Source of the DNA: Candidatus Aenigmatarchaeota archaeon
GTDB taxonomy: Archaea > Aenigmatarchaeota > Aenigmatarchaeia > Aenigmatarchaeales > JACQIB01
DNA: 64,000 nucleotides
Assembly (NCBI GenBank): GCA_043799675.1
Contig: JAZDNN010000027.1
Span: forward strand, 2,589-66,588
Direction: 5' to 3'
Shown in pieces: positions 33,700-43,795 of this stretch (within the stretch, counting starts at the first letter, position 1; the number at the start of each line of letters is the position of its first letter). The notes under the pieces were generated by a model. That model was not told where the DNA came from and made no database searches. It was given only the letters and a program-made list of their open reading frames with translations. The position numbers were made by a program, and so were the translations under genes.

Positions 33700-34160
33700 T
33701 GTTTCTTTTCCTCGGCCAGTTTGGCCTCCGCGCTCTGGACCAGCCGGATGTTGCTTATCGGGACCGTCACCGGAATCGGTATCGCCGCTTCCAGCAGTTC
33801 GACCGTGATTTCCTCTTTTGATTCGTCCACTCTTGTTATCTTCCCTTTCTCGTTCTTGAACGGCCCGCCGGTGATTTCAATTATATCCCCGCGGTTGACC
33901 TTTATCTCGACCTTCCTTGTTTCCAGGAACTTGCGTATGTCGCCCATTTTCACTTCCTTTCGTATCAGTCCGCGGACGTGAGGCACCCCCTGGATGGCGT
34001 GCTCGATCCCCGACGTCTCGCCCTCGATGAACAGGTAGCCTTTGAGCTCGTCCGGATGAAGGACCGCATACACCGAACTTCCCGTGTTGCGTATCTTGTT
34101 CGTCAGGGTCTCTATCACCGCATTTTCTCTTCCCACCGTCGTCCTGATTGTCCACATCAT
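33696..34160 (-). CDS. spt5: transcription elongation factor Spt5 (NusG)
   Basis: An NGN domain (IRTTVGRENAV...YLFIEG) is followed by a KOW domain (RGDIIEITGGPFKNEKGKITRVD). It overlaps the uL11 start. Confidence 0.9.
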   Translation of the reverse strand: MMWTIRTTVGRENAVIETLTNKIRNTGSSVYAVLHPDELKGYLFIEGETSGIEHAIQGVPHVRGLIRKEVKMGDIRKFLETRKVEIKVNRGDIIEITGGPFKNEKGKITRVDESKEEITVELLEAAIPIPVTVPISNIRLVQSAEAKLAEEKKQ

Positions 34161-34161
34161 T

Positions 34162-34374
34162 CTAAGCGACCCCCACGACAGCGTTGATTATGAAATGGTA
34201 TGCCAGGAATATCACGAATCCGATCGCCCCTATGAGGGCTATTCCGGCGCCGGTGACCTTGGCCGTGTTCATCCATTCCTCGCGGTCCGGCTTTCTGGCT
34301 ATCTCGATGGTCCGCCTGTACTGCTGGAACCGTTCCTTCATGGCCTGCGGCGACAGCTTGCTCAATATTCCCAT
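34162..34374 (-). CDS. secE: preprotein translocase subunit SecE (Sec61 gamma)
   Basis: FQQYRRTIEIARKPDREEW is followed by a single C-terminal TM helix. The gene sits in the conserved position upstream of spt5. I prefer the start at Met 34374 over the track start at 34407. Confidence 0.8.
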   Translation of the reverse strand: MGILSKLSPQAMKERFQQYRRTIEIARKPDREEWMNTAKVTGAGIALIGAIGFVIFLAYHFIINAVVGVA

Positions 34375-34431
34375 TAAACCACTCAGAATAGTTGTAGCTC
34401 GCCCCAAGAGTATTTAAATCCATGTCTGCGC

Positions 34432-35511
34432 TCAGACAAAATCGATACCGAGAATCTTCTCGAATTCCCTGCTCTTTGCCTTGTTGAACGGCTTGATGGG
34501 TCCCGTGAGCTGGCCGGACTTAACTCCGGTTATGATAAGCATCGCGCGCACGTTGTCGCCCATCTCCTTGTCTATCTGCGCGCCCCAGATTATCTTGGCG
34601 TCCGTGCTGAGCTTGCAGCTGACCGCCTCGACTATCTGCTGGCACTCCTTGATTGTCACGTCCGAGCCGCCGCAGACGTTGATCAGTGCCCCGGTCGCCC
34701 CGTCTATTTCCACGTCCAGCAGCGGATTGTTCAATGCTTTCTCCACCGCCTCAAGCGCCCTGTTCTCCGAATCAGATTCGCCGAGACCAATCATCGCTAT
34801 CCCGCCCGCTCCCATCACGGCCTTGATGTCCGCGAAGTCCAGATTGACCAGCCCGGGTTTCGTGACCAGCTCGGCCACCCCTTTGACAGCATTGACCAGA
34901 ATTTCATCGCATACTTTGAACGCGGTGGCTATGGAAACGTCCGGGACTATCTCGAGCAGCTTGTCGTTCGGTATGACTATCAGGGTATCCACCACGTTCT
35001 GCAACTTCTCCAGTCCGGCCTTGGCGTTGTCCATCCTGCCCTTCCCTTCCATCATGAACGGCAGTGTAACAACCCCGACGGTCAGCGCCCCCGCTTTCTT
35101 GGCAACTTCCGCCACCACCGGCGCGGCTCCGGTCCCTGTTCCGCCCCCGAGTCCGCATGTAATGAAAACCATGTCCGAACCGGCCATCGCCTCCTTCAGG
35201 TCGTCCCTGCTTTCCTTGGCTGCCTCTTCCCCGACGTGCGGGTCCGCCCCTGCACCAAGTCCGCGGGTCAGTTCCTTCCCGATGAGTATCTTCTGGTCCG
35301 CATCGGTGTAGAGCAGGTCCTGCGCATCGGTGTTGACTGCGACCACTTCCGCCCCGATGATGCCGACCTGCATCATCCTGCTGATGGTGTTGTTGCCAGC
35401 GCCGCCCACTCCGGCGACCTTGATTACCGCCCTTCTCGCCTCAAGCAGCTTCCTCAGGTCCTCGTCTGCAGAACTTCTTCCCTTTTCCCCGTGTTCGGCC
35501 TTTACCGCCAT
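34432..35511 (-). CDS. ftsZ: cell division GTPase FtsZ
   Basis: The tubulin signature GGGTGTGAAPVVA is present, together with AGVGGAGNN and NTDAQ. The start follows a GGTGA SD. Confidence 0.95.
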   Translation of the reverse strand: MAVKAEHGEKGRSSADEDLRKLLEARRAVIKVAGVGGAGNNTISRMMQVGIIGAEVVAVNTDAQDLLYTDADQKILIGKELTRGLGAGADPHVGEEAAKESRDDLKEAMAGSDMVFITCGLGGGTGTGAAPVVAEVAKKAGALTVGVVTLPFMMEGKGRMDNAKAGLEKLQNVVDTLIVIPNDKLLEIVPDVSIATAFKVCDEILVNAVKGVAELVTKPGLVNLDFADIKAVMGAGGIAMIGLGESDSENRALEAVEKALNNPLLDVEIDGATGALINVCGGSDVTIKECQQIVEAVSCKLSTDAKIIWGAQIDKEMGDNVRAMLIITGVKSGQLTGPIKPFNKAKSREFEKILGIDFV

Positions 35512-35569
35512 ATTTTCACCATCGGATTTAATGGCAATAAAGAGCATTTAATCGATTTAAAGATGTGAT

Positions 35570-36205
35570 TCAGGCACCGTGATCGGCCTTGTCGACCTCG
35601 GCCTTCGGCTTTTCGAATATCTCGGAGAACTTCACCCTGTTCAGGTTCGTGTACTTCCGTATCTCATCGGCCAGCCTCTTCTTCACCACCGGGTGAAGCA
35701 ACGGCGGCAGTATTATTTCCACCATGTCGCCTGTGATTGTTACCGATGTCGGCTCCAGGCTTGAGAATCCCTTGACCAGCGCGGAAATCTTCTGCTCCCT
35801 TCCCTCTATCTTGCCGATTATTTCCACGTCATAAACGAGTGCCTTGCCCGCGAGCGGGTGGTTGAAGTCTATCGTGACCCTTCCGTTGGTCACGCTGACC
35901 ACGCGCCCCCTTCTTCCGTCGGCTTCCACAGGCATCCCTACCTGCGGCTGGACGTTGTGCCTCTTCATCTCCGTTTCAGGCACTACCTTGACCAGCTCTT
36001 GCGTCCTTTCGCCGAACCCCTTCTCGGGCTCCACTTCGACGGTCTTTTTCTCCCCGACCTTCATCTGCTCGAGCGCGTGCTCCAGACCGGTAATGATGAA
36101 TCCGGCCCCCAGCACCACCGGAACCTTCTCCGCCTTCTCAAAAGTGTGTCCACCCTCTTTGAGCTTGCCTGTGTAGGTGATGGTTATGAAATCGCCCTTT
36201 TGCAT
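35570..36205 (-). CDS. FKBP-type peptidyl-prolyl cis-trans isomerase (long archaeal type with IF insert)
   Basis: GDFITITYTGKL..., the IF-domain insert and VTIDFNHPLAGKALVYDVEI are typical of SlyD/FKBP proteins. Confidence 0.85.
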   Translation of the reverse strand: MQKGDFITITYTGKLKEGGHTFEKAEKVPVVLGAGFIITGLEHALEQMKVGEKKTVEVEPEKGFGERTQELVKVVPETEMKRHNVQPQVGMPVEADGRRGRVVSVTNGRVTIDFNHPLAGKALVYDVEIIGKIEGREQKISALVKGFSSLEPTSVTITGDMVEIILPPLLHPVVKKRLADEIRKYTNLNRVKFSEIFEKPKAEVDKADHGA

Positions 36206-36257
36206 ACGTTCTCATCGGCAACACATCTTATAAATCCCAGTCCTGCTCAAGCAAGTT

Positions 36258-36743
36258 ATGCGTCTCGCCGCCCTGCTGGTCGCATGTGCCATCCTTCTGG
36301 TAGGCGCTTTTTTCACTCTCAGCTCTTCTGGCTCCCCGACAGGCGCCGCCGTGGCGACTTCCGGAGGTGAGAAACTGATAGTCACCAAGATAATCGACGG
36401 CGACACCATAGTTGTTGAGGGCGGTGAGCATGTCCGCCTCCTCGGAATCGATACCGACGAGAAGGGGCAGCCTTGCTTTGCGGCCGCGAAGCAGAGGTTG
36501 TATGACCTTGTTCTCAACCGGGAAGTGACGCTTGAGCGCGAGGGTGATGACAGGGACATGTACGACCGGCTGTTGCGCTGGATATGGCTCGACGATGTCA
36601 ACATAAACCAGCAGATGGTCGCGGAGGGATTGGCCGTGGCAAGGTTCGATCAGAAGTCCAAGTACCAGGAAAAGGTCGCAGCGGTCGAGCATGCCGCCAT
36701 CGTGAACAAGCTCGGCTGCAAGTGGGCGAACATCACTCGATGA
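36258..36743 (+). CDS. secreted thermonuclease (SNase) family nuclease
   Basis: A signal anchor is followed by VTKIIDGDTIVV...VRLLGIDTDE...DRDMYDRLLRWIW...N..MV..G.A, the staphylococcal nuclease pattern. Confidence 0.8.
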   Translation: MRLAALLVACAILLVGAFFTLSSSGSPTGAAVATSGGEKLIVTKIIDGDTIVVEGGEHVRLLGIDTDEKGQPCFAAAKQRLYDLVLNREVTLEREGDDRDMYDRLLRWIWLDDVNINQQMVAEGLAVARFDQKSKYQEKVAAVEHAAIVNKLGCKWANITR

Positions 36744-39495
36744 GTATCCCGGGCTTGCACGGCTCTGCTGCGGCCGCCTTCTTGTCTGTGCCGGTCTTCG
36801 GCTGCGTTTGTTTCAGGACGTCGTCCGCCTTGAGAAGCTCGACCTTCGAGCCGGTCTCGCGGGTGAGAAATCCCTGCGCCTCCCGCAATGCCGCCCATTC
36901 GCTGCCCGCATCCAGGAACAGCTCGTCCAGATGGCCCCTCTTGATGAGCCGGTTCGCATAATCCACCGCCCTATTTCCAAGCTCGCGGTACTTCTGTACT
37001 TTCATCAGCTCCGGCAGCTTCTTTCCCTGCATCACGTCATTGTACATCTCGTACTTCCACGGCTGCGATGCCACAAGTGTGATGCAGGAAGGCTTCACTA
37101 TCTTGGATATCTTCCGTATCTCGCTGATGTCCGCCAGTACTTGTCTTAGCAGGCATTCGCCCGCTTCCAGTCCGATGTGCACCTTGCTTCCGTCATAATC
37201 CGGCCAGCCGGCCTCATGTATGAATTGCTTGTTCCCGAGTCTTGCCCACCATTCCTCGGCCGTGTGCGGAATGAAGGGTGCGAGGAGCCTGAGCCATACG
37301 GAAAGGGTGGTATCGATGTTGCAACTGCTTGTTCGTTTGATGTACCAGTTGAGGTCGTTCATCACGCCGAAGAACCCAAGGTCTATTGCTTTCCGTATCT
37401 CGTTCCTTTCCATCGCCACGGTCACGCCGTTGATGGTGTGATTCAGTCTGGATGCCATCCATTTGTCCATTTCGGTGGTCTTGCCGCTTTTCTTGGCAAG
37501 CAAGGTGTCTATCATCCGGTTGAACTCGTCCAGCTTTTCCGCATACCTGTCCGCCGCCTCGTTGGTCCAGTCGAAGTCCATCCACTGGTTCGCCCCGTGC
37601 GAGATGTAGAACCGCACGGCATCCGCACCCCACTTGTCGACGGCCTCGTTCCAGAACACGACATTCCCCACGTGCTTCGACATCTTCTTGCCGTAGGCTA
37701 TCAGGTGCCAGTTGACGAAAATTCCCAGAGGCCCGAGCTGCTCCGGGAAAACGGCCGCATGATTCATGATGAAGAACGGGAAGTGCACGGTCTTGTGCTC
37801 TTTCCCGCTCATGTTCAGGTCGAGCGGGTACCAGTACAGGAACTCCTCCCTGATTTTCTGCCAATTCTCCGTTTTGGGCTTGCCTTTTCCAAGGAAAACA
37901 AAATCGAACATATCATCCGTCAGTTCCTCTTCCTTCAGCTTTCCGTTGTTCAGCCACTTGCTGACTATGAAGAACGCCATGTAGATGGTGCTGTCCGAGA
38001 GCGCCTCTATCACCCATCCCTTCTCGAACGGGAAGGGGGTGCCCAGCCCTCTTCTCCGCACGCACGGCCTAGCTTCCAGCCAGTCGATTATTCCCGGAAG
38101 CTCGTTCTTGTAATCGGGCGGGAATATGTTCATTTTCTCGATGTGTCTTTTTGCCGTCTCTTTCAGTTGCTGGTTGCCGTAGTCCAGGAACCACTGGCCC
38201 CTGACCTTCTTGATTATTATCTCCGCCCCGCACCGGCAGTGCACCGGTTTTACGGACAGCTCATAGATGGAGTCTGCGCTTCCCCTTTCCTTCAGCCAGG
38301 ATGCTATCTGGATTTTTGCCTTGGACACCGGAAGTCCGCCGAACTTCGGAATATTTGCCCGCATCATTCCCCCGAACTCCATCTTGTACAGTTCCTTGAC
38401 TACCCCCTCGATGCGCGGATCCTTCGGGTCGGTTATTCCGTGCTTCTCCAGCAATTCTCCCGCTGGCGCTTCCCCGTATCCGGTTATGTCCACCACGTGT
38501 ATCGGTTTGGTCTGCGGGGAGATTTTCCTGAGGTAGATGAAATCGAACGGGTCATGCGAAGGTACGGACATCACCACGCCTGTCGCCTCGCTAAGGTCGA
38601 CGAATTCCCCGGGCAGTATCGGGACGTTCGCCCCGTTTGCCGGGTTCTTCGCCGTGAGTTTCAGTATGTCTGCCACTTTGGCCGCTTTGATTATTTCTAC
38701 CTTCTTTTCAAGGTCCTGCAGTTTCTTTACGGCCTCCTTCGATAACAGCCATTCCTCGCCGTCGACCTTTGCCGTGACATACTTCCCTTTCGGATTCACC
38801 CACACGTTGGTGACCCCGAAAATCGTTTCCGGCCGCATGGTTGCGGCAGGTAGCACCAGCTTGCCGGCCCTGAACTTGATGATGGTGTAATCCTTGATTT
38901 GCGCCCCTTTCCATTCCTTTATGTCGGCCTCGGCCGGGTCTAGACTGACCGGGTGGTCCTCCACCGGACACCACGCCAGCCTGTGGTCGCGCTGGATGAG
39001 GTATCCCTTCTCCTTCAGTTTCCTGAACTGCCATTGGATGAACTTGCCGTATTTCGGGTCGATGGTGCTTATCACCGGCCTGAAATCAAGGCTCAGACCG
39101 AGCCTCTTGAAATCAACGATTATCCTGTCCTGCAGGTAGTCGGCCACGTCAAGCGGGTCAGTGAAAGTTTTTGCCTTCTCCATCGGTATTCCGTATTTTA
39201 TGAGCTCCAGCGGGTCGCTTTTGCCGAGTTCGCATATTTTGCTGCAATCCCCCCCGGTCGCATGGAAGCCCAGCGGGAAGAACACGTTGAAGCCCCTTGC
39301 CCTCTTGTAGCGTGCTATGACGTCCGGAATCGTGTATGAGCGCGCGTGTCCGGCGTGCAACGTCCCCGAAACGGTGGGATAGGCGAACAGCATGTAGTAC
39401 TTCCGTTTCTTCTTGTCCGGCTCGGTCTCGAACACTTTTTTGCCGTACCAGGCGTCCTGCCACTTTGTCTGCATGTCCGGGTTTTTCCCCTGCAT
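36733..39495 (-). CDS. leuS: leucine--tRNA ligase (archaeal type)
   Basis: The 920-aa product has HIGH as TLHAGHARSY, a CP1 editing insert and a KMSKS-type KMSKHVGN motif. Confidence 0.95.
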   Translation of the reverse strand: MQGKNPDMQTKWQDAWYGKKVFETEPDKKKRKYYMLFAYPTVSGTLHAGHARSYTIPDVIARYKRARGFNVFFPLGFHATGGDCSKICELGKSDPLELIKYGIPMEKAKTFTDPLDVADYLQDRIIVDFKRLGLSLDFRPVISTIDPKYGKFIQWQFRKLKEKGYLIQRDHRLAWCPVEDHPVSLDPAEADIKEWKGAQIKDYTIIKFRAGKLVLPAATMRPETIFGVTNVWVNPKGKYVTAKVDGEEWLLSKEAVKKLQDLEKKVEIIKAAKVADILKLTAKNPANGANVPILPGEFVDLSEATGVVMSVPSHDPFDFIYLRKISPQTKPIHVVDITGYGEAPAGELLEKHGITDPKDPRIEGVVKELYKMEFGGMMRANIPKFGGLPVSKAKIQIASWLKERGSADSIYELSVKPVHCRCGAEIIIKKVRGQWFLDYGNQQLKETAKRHIEKMNIFPPDYKNELPGIIDWLEARPCVRRRGLGTPFPFEKGWVIEALSDSTIYMAFFIVSKWLNNGKLKEEELTDDMFDFVFLGKGKPKTENWQKIREEFLYWYPLDLNMSGKEHKTVHFPFFIMNHAAVFPEQLGPLGIFVNWHLIAYGKKMSKHVGNVVFWNEAVDKWGADAVRFYISHGANQWMDFDWTNEAADRYAEKLDEFNRMIDTLLAKKSGKTTEMDKWMASRLNHTINGVTVAMERNEIRKAIDLGFFGVMNDLNWYIKRTSSCNIDTTLSVWLRLLAPFIPHTAEEWWARLGNKQFIHEAGWPDYDGSKVHIGLEAGECLLRQVLADISEIRKISKIVKPSCITLVASQPWKYEMYNDVMQGKKLPELMKVQKYRELGNRAVDYANRLIKRGHLDELFLDAGSEWAALREAQGFLTRETGSKVELLKADDVLKQTQPKTGTDKKAAAAEPCKPGILIE

Positions 39496-39547
39496 AACCC
39501 CAAAATTGCTGTCACGCTTTATAAGTTCTGCGGCGCAAATTCCGTTT

Positions 39548-39669
39548 GCCCCTGTAGCTCAGCATGGATAGAGCGCCTGACTTCTATCTCTCGATAGAAG
39601 AGACGAGGCTTAGGCCGATGAAAGGAAGAAATCAGGAGGTCGAGGGTCCGAATCCCTTCAGGGGCGCCA
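39548..39669 (+). tRNA. tRNA-Arg(UCU) with a 44-nt intron at the canonical 37/38 position; CCA encoded
   Basis: The acceptor is GCCCCTG/CAGGGGC and the D-arm is GCTC-AGCATGGATA-GAGC. The anticodon arm is CCTGA-CTTCTA[intron]A-TCAGG and the T-arm is GAGGG-TCCGAAT-CCCTT. The discriminator is G. Confidence 0.85.
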
Positions 39670-39670
39670 T

Positions 39671-40093
39671 ATGTCGGAGCAGAAGTATCCGGAGCCGACA
39701 ACAGGGGCCGTGATATTGAACAAGAAAGGTGAGGTCCTGCTCTGCCGCTCGTACAAGTGGTTCAACAAGCTCACCCTGCCTGGCGGCCACATCGAGCTCG
39801 GCGAGACCGCAAAGGAGGCGACGAAGAGGGAGACCAGGGAGGAGGCTGGTATAGAAGTCGATGTCGGCCCGTTGCTGCTTGTCCAGGAATTTATCTTCGG
39901 TCCCGAATTCTGCAAACGGAAGCATTTCATCGAGTTCGATTATCTCTGCTACGCAAGGACCGATGAAGTGAAGCTTGACAATGATGAGTTACAGTCTTTT
40001 GAGTGGGTTAATCCCGAGGAAGCGCTGAAGAAGGACATAGACCCTTACACGAGAAAGGCGATAGAATCCTACCTGAAAACGAAGCACGCTTAA
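39671..40093 (+). CDS. Nudix hydrolase (copy 2)
   Basis: The Nudix box is GGHIELGETAKEATKRETREEAGI. The ATG begins 2 nt after the tRNA-Arg CCA. Confidence 0.85.
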   Translation: MSEQKYPEPTTGAVILNKKGEVLLCRSYKWFNKLTLPGGHIELGETAKEATKRETREEAGIEVDVGPLLLVQEFIFGPEFCKRKHFIEFDYLCYARTDEVKLDNDELQSFEWVNPEEALKKDIDPYTRKAIESYLKTKHA

Positions 40094-40108
40094 ATGTGCG
40101 ACAGCTGA

Positions 40109-40876
40109 ATGCTTTTCATGTCGACCGTGCTTTCGGTGATTTCGGCTAAAGGTGGCGTCGGAAAAACCACAACCACCGCCAATCTCGCGGCCGCCCTTGC
40201 GAAAAGGGGGCGTCAGGTGACCGCATTGGATGGCAACATAACCACCCCGAACCTCAGCATCCACCTTGGTTGTGCCCTCTATCCCGTTACCTTGCATGAC
40301 GTTCTTGCTGGAAGGGCCACGATTGCCGAGGCAACGTACCGGCATCCCGCAGGTTTTCACGTGGTTCCTGCATCCCTTTCCGTTGATGATTTATCTATAG
40401 TTGAGCCTGACCAGCTTCTGGCCGCGGTGCGCAGCCTTGGAACGGGACGGGGGCTGATACTGGTCGACGGTGCCGCCGGCCTGGGAAGGGAGGCAAAGGC
40501 GGCGATGGAATGTGCCGACAGCCTGCTGATAGTCACGAATCCTGAACTTCCTGCGGTCACTGATGCCCTCAAAGCCATCAGGGTCGCGCAACGGATGGGA
40601 AGGCCGGTTGCCGGTGTTGTCATCAACCGTGCCGGCGCGCATTCCAGCGAGCTTTCGGCCGCGGAAATATCCGCCATGCTCGAGGTCCCTGTCCTTGCCA
40701 CTGTTCCCGAGGACAAGTGGGTTCACGCCTCCATAGCCGAGCACATGCCCGTTGTCACCTTCAAGCCGAGAAGCAAATCGGCACGGGCATTCACCCGGCT
40801 AGCCGCCACGGTATGCGGGGAAGCGGAGCCCGAGGCCGGTCTTTTTTCAACCCTGCTCGGACTTCTGGGGCGCTAG
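40109..40876 (+). CDS. minD: MinD/ParA-family P-loop ATPase
   Basis: The product has the deviant Walker A SAKGGVGKTT and LILVDGAAG, the pattern of archaeal MinD-like proteins. Confidence 0.85.
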   Translation: MLFMSTVLSVISAKGGVGKTTTTANLAAALAKRGRQVTALDGNITTPNLSIHLGCALYPVTLHDVLAGRATIAEATYRHPAGFHVVPASLSVDDLSIVEPDQLLAAVRSLGTGRGLILVDGAAGLGREAKAAMECADSLLIVTNPELPAVTDALKAIRVAQRMGRPVAGVVINRAGAHSSELSAAEISAMLEVPVLATVPEDKWVHASIAEHMPVVTFKPRSKSARAFTRLAATVCGEAEPEAGLFSTLLGLLGR

Positions 40877-42544
40877 CTGGTCCAAGTCTATCTCTGCCGC
40901 TATTACGGGCATTTCAATTCCCCAGTTTGCAAGCACTTCCGGTCTTATTTCGCCGAGAAAACCTGCCGGTTTTCCTTTCACCTTGATTTCGCCGCATCTG
41001 GATTCTATGAACGATGGATGGCTGCACGGGGAAATTGACCATTCTATCCCCATGTTCCTAAGGAGGGCTTCAATCTTGGATTTCGCTTCCGTGAAGTTCA
41101 CCTTGTCATGCGCCACCGCAAAGGCGACTTTTCTCATTGTCCTGCTCCGCTCAGCCGCCAGCGCATCCGTCACGACGCAGTCGCCGACCTCGAATATCTT
41201 CTGCGGATATTCATGGATGCGGTTTGATGCAAGGAACCTTAGCAGGCCTGGAAGCAGCCAGTTCCTCAGCACCGCATATTCGCTGCTTACGGGATTCTCA
41301 AGCTCAATCAATCTCTCCTGCGTCATGTTCATCTTTGCCAGCAGGTCGTTCGTGTTGGTAAGCGTGAAGTTCAGGACTTCTTGCATCTTCAGTCCTATCA
41401 GCAGCTCCCGTATCCGGTCACTGTACTTCTCCCGAGGTGCAGATGCTCCTACCGTCGGAAGGGCCGGTGGTATCGGTTCGAACTTCTGGTAGCCATGGTG
41501 GATTGCGATGTCTTCCGCTATGTCCACCCAGTGCATGACGTCGGTCCTCCACGCAGGGACCTGGACGTCAAGCGTGCTTCCTTTCGCCTGGGCCTTGCAA
41601 TGTGCCTTTGCCAGGAGCGTCACCATCTGCGCCCCGCTCAGTTCCGTCCCGAGAAGACAGTTTATTTCCTCGACCTTCGCCCTGATTTTCCGCGGCTCGA
41701 AGTCCGGAGTGATTATTTTTCTGCTCCCCGCGACCGAGTAGGGATATTCGACTGTGACCGGAATCACCTGTCCCCCGCGCTCTGTCAGGGCGATCGTCAT
41801 TATCCTGAGGGCATTGCTTACCGTAGCCCAGTCCGTTCCGGTCACTTCGATAAGGATGTTGGTCGTCTGCTCCGTAATCCTGCCCAGATCGGCCGAGTTG
41901 GTTATCGGCGGCAGGCTGAGCATCTTTCCTTCGGCATCCTTGAATATCGGCCACCTGGACGCTCCTGCAAGAAGTTTTCCGTATTCCTGCCCTTTCGGAT
42001 GTTTTTTGATGATGTCGGCCGGCAGCATCTTCTCACCGAAACCGAGCGGCACGAACGGATTTTCCTGGGGGCTGCCTGATTCGTAGGTCAGCGGCCAGGA
42101 CAGCAGGTCGAAGTTGTACAGTCCTATGCTGCTCTTCCTTCTGCTCCTTCCGTACGTTCCGTCAATCTTGTCCTGTGTCTGCATCAGCCCTTTGATGATG
42201 TCGTCCGTGAGCCTGACCCCTTTGATTATCGCGGCCGCAATGTACGGTCTTATTTCCTTCAGGTTCGCATCCACTTTGATTGTGAAGTTAGATTTCTTGA
42301 ACGGGAATGCCGGAAGCCCCCTCTCCGCTCCGAGCGCCCCGCGCATTTCCATGGCAAACCCTTCGACGGACCACAGGTCGGGCCGGTTAGCATCCTCGAT
42401 TGAAAGCGTGAGCCTGTCTCCTTCCAGTCTTTCAGCCTCGCCCTTCGCTGCCTGCAGGACATCATTAAGCTCTTCGATGTCGCGCGGCAGCTTCTTTCCG
42501 GTAAGCTCCTCCAAGTCATTGATGCTGACTTCTATCGTCGGCAT
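40847..42544 (-). CDS. pheT: phenylalanine--tRNA ligase beta subunit
   Basis: The 565-aa product has archaeal PheT architecture (B3/4 and B5 domains). Its start overlaps the pheS stop by 1 nt. Confidence 0.9.
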   Translation of the reverse strand: MPTIEVSINDLEELTGKKLPRDIEELNDVLQAAKGEAERLEGDRLTLSIEDANRPDLWSVEGFAMEMRGALGAERGLPAFPFKKSNFTIKVDANLKEIRPYIAAAIIKGVRLTDDIIKGLMQTQDKIDGTYGRSRRKSSIGLYNFDLLSWPLTYESGSPQENPFVPLGFGEKMLPADIIKKHPKGQEYGKLLAGASRWPIFKDAEGKMLSLPPITNSADLGRITEQTTNILIEVTGTDWATVSNALRIMTIALTERGGQVIPVTVEYPYSVAGSRKIITPDFEPRKIRAKVEEINCLLGTELSGAQMVTLLAKAHCKAQAKGSTLDVQVPAWRTDVMHWVDIAEDIAIHHGYQKFEPIPPALPTVGASAPREKYSDRIRELLIGLKMQEVLNFTLTNTNDLLAKMNMTQERLIELENPVSSEYAVLRNWLLPGLLRFLASNRIHEYPQKIFEVGDCVVTDALAAERSRTMRKVAFAVAHDKVNFTEAKSKIEALLRNMGIEWSISPCSHPSFIESRCGEIKVKGKPAGFLGEIRPEVLANWGIEMPVIAAEIDLDQLAPQKSEQG

Positions 42545-43794
42545 TAACTTACCTCCTGATTTCTCAGCCAGTCAATGTCCTGGCTGAACAGCTGGCGGAT
42601 GTCGGTGATGTTCTCCCTTATCATGAACAGCCTGTCGATTCCTATCCCCCACGCCATCACAGGAACCTTGATTCCCAGCGGCGCGGTGAGTTCCGGCCTG
42701 AACATCCCTGCCGGCAGCATTTCCAGCCACTTCTTTATTCCCGGGTGCCAGACCATGCCCTGTACGCTCGGCTCGGTGAACGGGAAGTATGCCGGCCTGA
42801 ACTTCACCTTATCCGTTCCCGCAATGCGCTTTGCGAATTCGGAAAGCAGTCCCAGTATCTTCCTGAAGTTCCCATGCTCATCCAGCACTATCCCTTCCAG
42901 CTGGTTGAACTCCGGCATGTGCGTCGCGTCCATCCTGTCCGGTCTGAACGTCCGTGCAATCGCGAAATAAGCGCCGGGCGACCTGATGTTTTCCTTCATC
43001 AGCCATCGTGCGCTAAGGGAGGTTCCGTGGCTCCTCAACAGCAGCCTTGCCGATTCCCTGTCGGAGAACGGCACTCTCCATCCGGTGCTCCCGGTACTTC
43101 CGCCGTTCTCGTGCGCCGCCCTTATTTTTGGCAGGAAGCCCGAATGGATTTTCGGTATTCCGCCGTACTTCGGGTCCTTCACGTAGTAGATGTCGTGCAC
43201 CCCTCTTGCGGTGTGGTCCTGCGGGACGAACAGCGCGTCGAGGTCGTAGAACGCGAGCTCGACCAGCGGTCCGGTCATTTCCTCGAAACCCAGTGCCACC
43301 AGCTCTTCCCTCACCTCATCCAGGAATGCCCGGTATGCCTGCTTCTTTCCCGGATGGATGACCGGCGCCGGTGCGGTCGGGTCGTACTGCCTGAATCCAG
43401 CGGTCTTCCATGCGCCGCTCTTTAACATATCGGGGGTCAGTTGCGTTATCTGTGCTATCTCCGCCCTGGTCAGTTCCTCCGTGGCCAGCTTTCTCGTGAC
43501 AATGATTCTCAGTATCTCTTCAGACGCCCTGCCGTTCCTTTCTATCTCGTTTATCGCACCGTGAAGCGGATCGTTCTCGTTTATCGCCTTCGAGCCTGCA
43601 CGTGTGAGACTGACCTCGCCGTTGGTCACCTCGATCCAGCCGTTCTTCTTTGCCCACTGTATGGCGATTGACGAGTCGGGATGGTTGACAAGTTCCTCCA
43701 TCCGGTGCGGTCTTTCCTTCAGTACCTTCAACAGCCGCCTTTCCGGCAGGCCTTCACTGAGGTACTTTCTCCCCTCCGAAGTCAGTTTCCACAT
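42544..43794 (-). CDS. pheS: phenylalanine--tRNA ligase alpha subunit
   Basis: Class II motifs are present (FRPD..D..H..EFNQLEG; GIGIDRL). An N-terminal wHTH-like repeat precedes them. The gene starts directly after the trpS stop. Confidence 0.9.
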   Translation of the reverse strand: MWKLTSEGRKYLSEGLPERRLLKVLKERPHRMEELVNHPDSSIAIQWAKKNGWIEVTNGEVSLTRAGSKAINENDPLHGAINEIERNGRASEEILRIIVTRKLATEELTRAEIAQITQLTPDMLKSGAWKTAGFRQYDPTAPAPVIHPGKKQAYRAFLDEVREELVALGFEEMTGPLVELAFYDLDALFVPQDHTARGVHDIYYVKDPKYGGIPKIHSGFLPKIRAAHENGGSTGSTGWRVPFSDRESARLLLRSHGTSLSARWLMKENIRSPGAYFAIARTFRPDRMDATHMPEFNQLEGIVLDEHGNFRKILGLLSEFAKRIAGTDKVKFRPAYFPFTEPSVQGMVWHPGIKKWLEMLPAGMFRPELTAPLGIKVPVMAWGIGIDRLFMIRENITDIRQLFSQDIDWLRNQEVS

Positions 43795-43795
43795 G

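Noticed and set aside
37177-38745. 522-aa plus-strand ORF opposite leuS (the same applies to 27460..28617 opposite alaS, and to 58645..59427 and 60568..61383 opposite nrdJ)
   Set aside because: All are antisense to long genes with clear family signatures. They have skewed Arg/Pro/Leu/His composition and no start-site signals.
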